Shown: positions 57,140-64,000 of the stretch, in pieces
How positions within the stretch are numbered: the first letter of the stretch is position 1
Layout of the letters: the number at the start of each line of letters is the position of its first letter
NCBI GenBank assembly: GCA_973895155.1
Contig: OZ316897.1
Coordinates: 2,991,416-3,055,415, forward strand
DNA from: Marsupella aquatica
Taxonomy: Eukaryota; Plantae; Marchantiophyta
Length of the DNA: 64,000 nt
Direction: 5' to 3'
Notes under the pieces: model-generated
The model's database searches: none
What the model was told of the DNA's origin: nothing
The model's input: the letters and a program-made list of their open reading frames with translations, nothing else
Translations under genes and position numbers: made by a program

Positions 57140-60100
57140 CTATTGCAAATCATCAACCTCATCATATTCCATTTGCCCAGGTTCATCATATGTCTCTCTC
57201 AATGTTAAGGGGATGTAGTCAGTCCCTGCCCGAGTTGGAAGTACAGTCTCATGACTAGGATGCTCAAATGCAGCATGGTCATCCAAACTGAACTCTACTT
57301 TACTTCCATCCATCCGCCTGTTCCGTGCTTGGCTATGGCATACCACCCTCCAGCCATGTGACTCCTCCACATCTGCAAAGAAAGCCTGTTCAACTTGGCT
57401 AGGGAAAACAAAAGGCTCAGACCATTCTGGTACTCTGGACCTAAAATTGGCCAACAAGAACCCATCATGATCACGCTTCATGGTGGCCCTTGGTCTCTGC
57501 CACTCTGATTTCACCCATGATCCCTTCATCAATATCACTGGGACACTTGTGTTACCATAATTCAACACCCAAATGTCGGTCAACTCCCCCACGTAACCCA
57601 TCTTCATCCACCCCCTCTGTTCTTCAGAGGTTCTCTGCTCAAACACAGAAATCAAACCACAATCATATGATACACAATGGTCACCCTGCTCATCCCTCAC
57701 TCGATAATGATTTCCATAAGCTCTCATCTGTTTGTAGGTCAGAATAGACAATCGTGGTGGCACAGATAGAAGATACAAATTCTTCTCCATATCTGGGTGA
57801 TGTCTACTATGCTCTCGAATTGTCACCCGAATCCACTGCTCGAACTGTGGGAAGGGATCCTGCTGCCCAGAGTGTGCAGCTTTTTGCATATCATATTCCC
57901 TGCAATATGAGGTACAGGCATAGTTAGGTCTAAACAACACATGACAACCTAAGATCACCCTTGGAACAGACAAGAAGCATCACAACAAAGGCAAGTCAAT
58001 TCAATCACTCACCTCCACCATGGTTGCATAGGCTCTGTGTTTGCCAGCACATATGAATGAGCCTTGTCTCGAATCGCAACAGGCAGCTGAACAGCACGTC
58101 CCACACCTTCAACAACCTCGCCACTCACTCCATCATCTTCACCAGATTCCAAACTCTTGTCATAGCTTCACCAGACCCAGCCATGTACTCTGTTAGGAAT
58201 CCCAACGTCTCATCCTTAATGTACCCCAATGCCATGGAAGCCTCTGGCCTGTAGTATGTTCTCACATGACCTTTCAACAACTTCATGTATCGCTCCATAG
58301 GGTACATCCATCTGGTACTGACTGGCCCATACTGCCCTAGCTCTTCTACCACATGGATTAGGAGATGAGTCATAACATCAAAGAAAGCAGGGGGGAAGTA
58401 TATCTCCAAGTCACAGAGGACATAAGCAGCATCCTGCTTCAACTGCTCCAATCCTTGGGGATCCCACACTTTCACACATATACGGCAAAATACATTGCAC
58501 AGTCGAAGAATGACATTACCGACTGGTTTCTGCATGAGACCTCTGAGGCATAGGGGCAGAATGTGCTGCATCAACACATGGTAGTCATGTGTTTTCATAC
58601 TGCCAAGTTTATTCTTTGTAATATGCTTCTTGAAGGCACCAGCATAGCCAGAGGGCACTTTCAGACAGCTCAATCTATACAAGAATGTCTTCCATTCATC
58701 CTGTGTGCACACATAGGGAGCTTGGAACTTGAGAAGTACATTGGGATTGCTTGCATGGGGCTTCAACCAAAGGTGAGGGCGAATCCTCTTCTGTTGCATA
58801 TCAGCTCGAACTGCTCCTGTATCTTTCTCACCCGACAAGAACTTCAGCAAGCTCTCACAAATATTTTTCTCAATGTGCATGACGTCCACATTGTGTTTGC
58901 TGGGCTCGAATTCCTGCACTCCACAAAGCAAAGAATTCAACAACAGAAACACTAATTAACCACATAGGAGGATTGTAACCAACATCAATCCACCATTGCT
59001 CCAATCTAAAATTGCAATCATACAGGGGCTGGAGGCTAAGTACATTACCCTCCAGTACTCCAACTCCAAGTCCATCAAGGTCTGTCTTTTCACACCGTGT
59101 TTCACCACTGGATCCTCAGGTTCTCGATCAGTGGCACTTCTCTTGTCCCAATCAGCCTTCCTGGCTGCCCACCTCAGGACTTGCTCTCTGGTGACCCTCT
59201 GTGGTGGGCCACGAAGCTCTGTTTTGTTGTTGAAGTGTGCAATTTGAGACCGTGTGTGCCTGTAAGGATGATCAACAGGCAGATACCTTCTATGCCCCTG
59301 AAATTTCATACTGTGCAGGGCATGCGACCACTCACTTGTCACATTTTTCCCACATGGTGTGCACCCCACATAGCCCTTTGTCACTCGTCCAGATATGATG
59401 CCATGGCCTGGGTAATCTGCTATATCCAGCAAACAAATTGCATGCAGTCTAAAGGGGCTGGGTCGAAGAAGCCCCTTCAGAACATCATGGGTTAACACCC
59501 CTTCTATCCACAAAGTCTTCCACTCTTCCACTGCTGGAGCCAACATGATATCTATGAATTGCTCGGTCATAGAAGCTGGTCCAGGGATTAACAGCACCAT
59601 CATGACAAAAAACCTCTTTGTAGTCATCCATGGGGGAAGGTTGTAATTTAGCAGCGTAACCGGCCAACATGAATAACGGTTGTTTTTGTCTCCAAATGGG
59701 TTTACTCCATCCAGTGATAGACCAAATCGAAAATTCCGCTTCTCTGCAGCAAACTGTGGCCACCTCTCATCAACAAATTTCCAATGGTTGGAATCTCCAA
59801 TGTGACGCTGCAGGCCATCACTGCTCTTGTTATCAGGAGTCCATGTCATCAGCTTGGAAATGGCAGGGCATCTAAACAGACGTTGTAGTCTAGGAATGAG
59901 AGGAAAATGACGAAGAACCTTGGCAGGGTGTGTACATTTCCCTACATTCTTGTACCTGTGCTTACCACAATGAGGGCATGTCAATTTATCTGCATGCTCT
60001 TTGCGAAAGAGAACACACCCATCAGGGCATGCGTCAATAGACACATAGTTCAGCCCAAGGTTAGACATCAATTTCCTAGCCTCGTACATATTTTTTGGAA

Positions 60101-60839
60101 TTGAATTACCATCTGGTAACACATTTTGGCGTAGGAAGGTCAACAACTCTGTCACAAATATATTGGGAACATTGTGATTGCCACAGATGTTCAACAACAA
60201 CACGACAAAACCCAGCTTGGAGCAGTTCGACCCCTCGTAGATAGGAATGCAAGCTTCTTTGATGTGTTTGGGGCCCCCAAACACCCACTCCCTCTCTGCT
60301 GCACCTTCCCCAATGTCAAAGTCAGGTTCAGCTTGGCCGTCGCCAATATGTGGCTGCGGTTCATTGTCGTCTTCTGATTCCACTGTGTCGTAAAAAGCAT
60401 CAAGGTCTTCAAAAATCTCTTGAACCATTCTTGGGACATCCATCCCACCGTCCTCAGTGACTGCCTCTGCATCTCCATCTTGGTCATCCACGTTCTCATG
60501 TTGGACCCCAGGACCATCCTCTGCATAGTCTATGTCCTGCTCTACGTAGTCTCTACGCCTAGCTGTATTAGAATCCACAAAGTCAGCTCTCCACTCTTCA
60601 TCAGAGGAGTCTTCTTCTGCTGGTACATTCCAAACCCTCCACCGAGGGTGCCTTTCATGCCACAGCAGGTGAAGGTGCACAGTGTTCAAACTCAACGACT
60701 TGAATCCTTGGCACTGTGTGCATGGGCATCTCATCCTCCTACTCCTACCTTGGGCGGCCCGGGCTTGTTCACGCATCCACAATTTAGAATCATGATGCCT
60801 AATCCTAAATGGGTTGTGAAGAGGCAACCTTGGAGCCAT
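57140..60839 (-). mobile_element. CACTA TnpD/Tnp2 transposase; introns near 59044-58916 and 58011-57903, probable frameshift near 58145
   Basis: CPCTQC; IDACPDGCVLF..CPHCGKHRY; LRHFPLIPRLQRLF; LSLDGVNPF; YNLPPW; DYPG; DVMHIEKN; KTHDYH; FFDVMTHL; WMYPMERYM; GYVGELTDI; EPFVFPSQVEQAFF. Confidence 0.95.
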
Positions 60840-61165
60840 CACTATACACACGCACTCAGCACCCTGTCATTTTATTATGCAAGTGAAAAATACACTTCCT
60901 GTTAAGGATTTCACCCCCGACTGTACTTGCCAAAATACGTAATGTTCCAAAAAAACAAAAAAACAAAAAATATAGGTGCCTGAGTCATGTACCTATTCTC
61001 AAGTGAATGAGACAAAATTCCTAAATGTTTGAGGGTGTCAACTCCTCCGCTGTCCTCACATGTACTGCCTCTGCACGTACATCCATGACCATATCAGAGT
61101 CCAATCATGTATAGTCATAGACACAGGTGCCAGGTGCGAGACCGGTGTGAGATGTCCTCCTCTTA

Positions 61166-61735
61166 CTACCACATCAAATACGGATACCAATCCTGTTGTC
61201 GATGCCACTCAGCCCTGAGGTACTCAGGCATGTACATTAAGTCATCAAGGTCTAAACCCTGCTCATGCCATGGTGGTCTTCGATCCGTGCCTACAAGCAG
61301 TGGCAGCAGTGCCCTCCATGGTGCACATGTTGCTACCAAGTCCCTCCACTGGGTACTAATTAGTCTATATTTGCAGATATCTTGTGCGCCAGACACCACA
61401 AGAACCCTCGGCCAGACATGTGTAAGAACTATATCATCTGCCAAATCAGGCAACAAGGAACCACCTACAGCATCGTGCTTGTCTAACTCATCTGCTGAAA
61501 AGTAAATGTCCTCTTCCGACTGTGCATCCTCATTCACCACAGCATTCACAACACATCCAAGGTATGTAGGCATTATCTCGGATGGAGCTACACTCTGTCT
61601 GGTTACCAATCCACACAAGTAAGCCCAAGCAGTAGCCATGCACGATGCAACCCGTAGGAGGACCCTACATAGGGCTTGACGGTCTGGAAGAGGCAGCATA
61701 CCCACCAAAGTCTTCAACCAAACAGAGCCCAGCAA
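61166..61735 (-). CDS. F-box-like motif protein, CACTA cargo (first ATG 61699)
   Basis: SLLPDLADDIVLTHVWPRV...YRLISTQWRDLV resembles the plant F-box consensus LLPGLPDDxxxxxLxRV...RxVxxxWRxL; no kelch or LRR follows. Confidence 0.6.
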   Translation of the reverse strand: MLGSVWLKTLVGMLPLPDRQALCRVLLRVASCMATAWAYLCGLVTRQSVAPSEIMPTYLGCVVNAVVNEDAQSEEDIYFSADELDKHDAVGGSLLPDLADDIVLTHVWPRVLVVSGAQDICKYRLISTQWRDLVATCAPWRALLPLLVGTDRRPPWHEQGLDLDDLMYMPEYLRAEWHRQQDWYPYLMW

Positions 61736-61875
61736 GTAGATTCACAGTCACACCCCACGCAGCAGGAAACAACAATCACTTCAACTGTGACCAACCATGA
61801 CAAGATGAGTTAGTTCAAGGATCACATTTATTACAAAATTGTGATTTATACAAAAATATGAGGGACTCCTACTCC

Positions 61876-62739
61876 TCACTCTCTCCCACCTTTGCTAAGC
61901 ATACATCTCCGCTGAATCTTGGAGGGCCAGGCCTCAAAAATATCAAAGTCCCAAGCATTCTGTCGCTTCCCTCTAGCTGCTGATTCCAGAAGCCAATCAG
62001 GGGAAAGCACCCAAAGATTGTTGTTCATGACAAAATCACGCACTGTTGTCTTAAAGAATTTTCTGCATATTTTCATGTATGACAGACCTACAACATGAGT
62101 GGAGGTTTCTGTTAGACTCTCCTCCACTGTCCCACCTAGCTCAACAACTATAGACTTGTACAGTCTGCACTTAGTCTCCCCAATTCCTTCTTCTGCAAAT
62201 ACCACACTGAACCCCTTCATAATGGTATTTCTCTCCTTGCCATGCTCATTCAATATAGCATCTGCACGCATAGGATGGTGTCCTATGTTGACAACAGGTC
62301 CATATTGGACAGAAGCAAAGTTGGGTTTCTCTGCCGCTGCTTCATAGGCTTCCTTTTCAGCCAAAGCCTCTGCAGTGGCCTCCTCACTCTCCCACAACTC
62401 ATATTGCTCAGTACTCTGTACACACCTATGTTTAACAGAATCGGTCAGCCAAGAGACTTCAACTACTTTTAGACCTTGGTTGGTAATGGCAGAATCAATG
62501 AAGGACCATGATCACTTGTTCATCACATCCAGCCATGTCCCCGCAACAACATGTGTAGTCTGTGGAGTGATGTCCTTGACTTCAGTCCCATGGAACTCTG
62601 AGAATCGTTTTTGTACGATTGGCCAACTCACTTGGGTGAACCCATAGTGGCCAGGAATCAAAATGGCTTTGATTCCAGCCAACAGAGGCGGGTGGTCAAC
62701 CTTTGTACGTTTCCTAGAGGCCATGTACACACGGGCCAC
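61876..62739 (-). pseudogene. Tandem-BRCT gene (ATG 62724) with one in-frame TGA at 62512-62514, CACTA cargo
   Basis: ORFs 62512-62739 and 61876-62397 share a frame. Read-through gives BRCT1 (LLAGIKAILI..TTHVVAGTW..VEVSWLTDSVK) and BRCT2 (MKGFSVVF..ELGG..STHVV..LSPDWLLESAARGKR). Confidence 0.85.
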
Positions 62740-63322
62740 CTAATCACTGCAGACCAGAAGATAATGCGTTCACCTGATAATCGGAGGGCCCTTAAAATGT
62801 TGCGTTTATAACTTGGTCCAGTCCAGTCGTCTGGTGAGTCTCTGCTCCGATTCCAAACGGGAGAAATATTGGGACAAACGTACTAGACACCTGCAAGCAT
62901 GCACCTCATACTTTGAATATGTGCCTTCACAATATTGAAGGTGACAAGTGCAATTGTTTTGTGATGCCACATACAGATGTTGTAAATGGGCAGACATTCA
63001 ATGAGAATACAAAATGTTGGTACACTTTAAGGGAATTCTCGCAAATTAAATAGCCTTGTAACTTATATGCTCATAATGAGAAGTCCTGATTTAATTTAAG
63101 CAGTGTCATGTAAGTCGTGATCAAAATGATTGCAGAGTTAAAAAAGTTCCTAGAAGGCTTAAGGGGAGTTTTTGAAGGCATGTACCCAGGAACAAGTAAT
63201 GAACTTAGGGTACTTGTTGCCTAAGCATCCTCTCCTACAGAGGTCCTTCTTCTCAAAATTAGAATGTCTGCAATCTCCAAGGTATCCACATCAGGTGCAC
63301 TATGCATGTACATTATTCAGGT

Positions 63323-63961
63323 TCAAAGCCAAGAAATGTGATCTCTCATGGGAGTGTGCAAAGTAGGATCTATGGCATGGCGATGACAATAGAAGATCCA
63401 TCGATCAACACCATGTGCAGAGTGATCATAGATGTGTCTGTCACAAGCATAGCCTTCTGCTTGACGCTCCTTCAAACAATGAAAGTGCCACATGGTGGGA
63501 CACCTAACACAGTGGACTATGTCCACCCAGAAATCTTCATCGTGCTTACCACATGCCTTGCACTTATGAAGTGGGCAAGCTGTGGCAAGATTGGGCAAAC
63601 ATGAAAAACAAAAGAACCTCACACAATATCTGTCAGGGCATTTCCTAACAAGTGGTGGAGCATCAACAGAGCCCTCATAAGACCCCAACTTCCCACACTG
63701 TGCACACTTAGCCTGCTTCTCCAAACAATCAGTGCACATCCAGCCTCCCTGGTGTGCTGACGGGAGGCCCACCCCTGGACAGTTGTTTTCTGCAGCAAGG
63801 TCAGACTCCGGGTTGAGGTGGAAATGCCTCATGCAAGGGCCCTCACATATGGCTAAGCCACCACCATCGTCACAAATGGCACAACAATGAGCTGCCTTAT
63901 GGAAAATCTGACTTGCGGAGAAGTTACTACCATCTGGCCCAACTACACCTGTGTTGCTCAC
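63323..63961 (-). CDS. Stand-alone EDM2-type composite PHD finger protein, CACTA cargo; 5' end uncertain
   Basis: CAICDDGGGLAICEGPCMRHFH...CTDC...CAQCGKLGS...CPLHKCKAC...CVRCPTMWHFHCL...IFYCHRHAIDPTLHTPMRDHISW. Confidence 0.88.
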   Translation of the reverse strand: MSNTGVVGPDGSNFSASQIFHKAAHCCAICDDGGGLAICEGPCMRHFHLNPESDLAAENNCPGVGLPSAHQGGWMCTDCLEKQAKCAQCGKLGSYEGSVDAPPLVRKCPDRYCVRFFCFSCLPNLATACPLHKCKACGKHDEDFWVDIVHCVRCPTMWHFHCLKERQAEGYACDRHIYDHSAHGVDRWIFYCHRHAIDPTLHTPMRDHISWL

Positions 63962-64000
63962 CTCTGTCCCCCGCTCGGATTTTAGGGCGTGCCATGCCTA

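Larger units (their letters stand above)
52963..64000 (-). mobile_element. CACTA/EnSpm element; one terminus at 52963, the other outside the window
   Basis: Starts CACTAGTAGAAA; subterminal AACGACT/AGTCGTT motifs in both orientations (52998-53235); TnpD and TnpA-like genes inside; no matching TIR seen before 64000. Confidence 0.9.

Overview
Eukaryotic land-plant nuclear DNA. A plastid ferredoxin, a plant UPF0161 gene and a SHIPPO-repeat axonemal gene suggest a flagellate-sperm lineage such as a bryophyte (inference). Bases ~1-36 kb hold six host genes among decayed repeats: YidD/UPF0161-like, CDC5, an intronless GH3 beta-glucosidase, a GH20 beta-hexosaminidase, an ODF3/SHIPPO-repeat protein and an atypical [2Fe-2S] ferredoxin. 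Bases ~40-64 kb are a nest of DNA transposons: decayed FCP1/NIF-like phosphatase and Ulp1 protease genes, a small TIR element, a decayed P-element-like transposase, and a CACTA element inserted into its 3' end and running out of the window. The main observation is that both unrelated transposases are preceded by homologous but diverged accessory genes. These are a stand-alone Pol-lambda-like BRCT domain and a stand-alone EDM2-type composite PHD finger, a candidate shared chromatin/repair-manipulating cargo module. All family assignments are by eye from remembered motifs; no searches were run.
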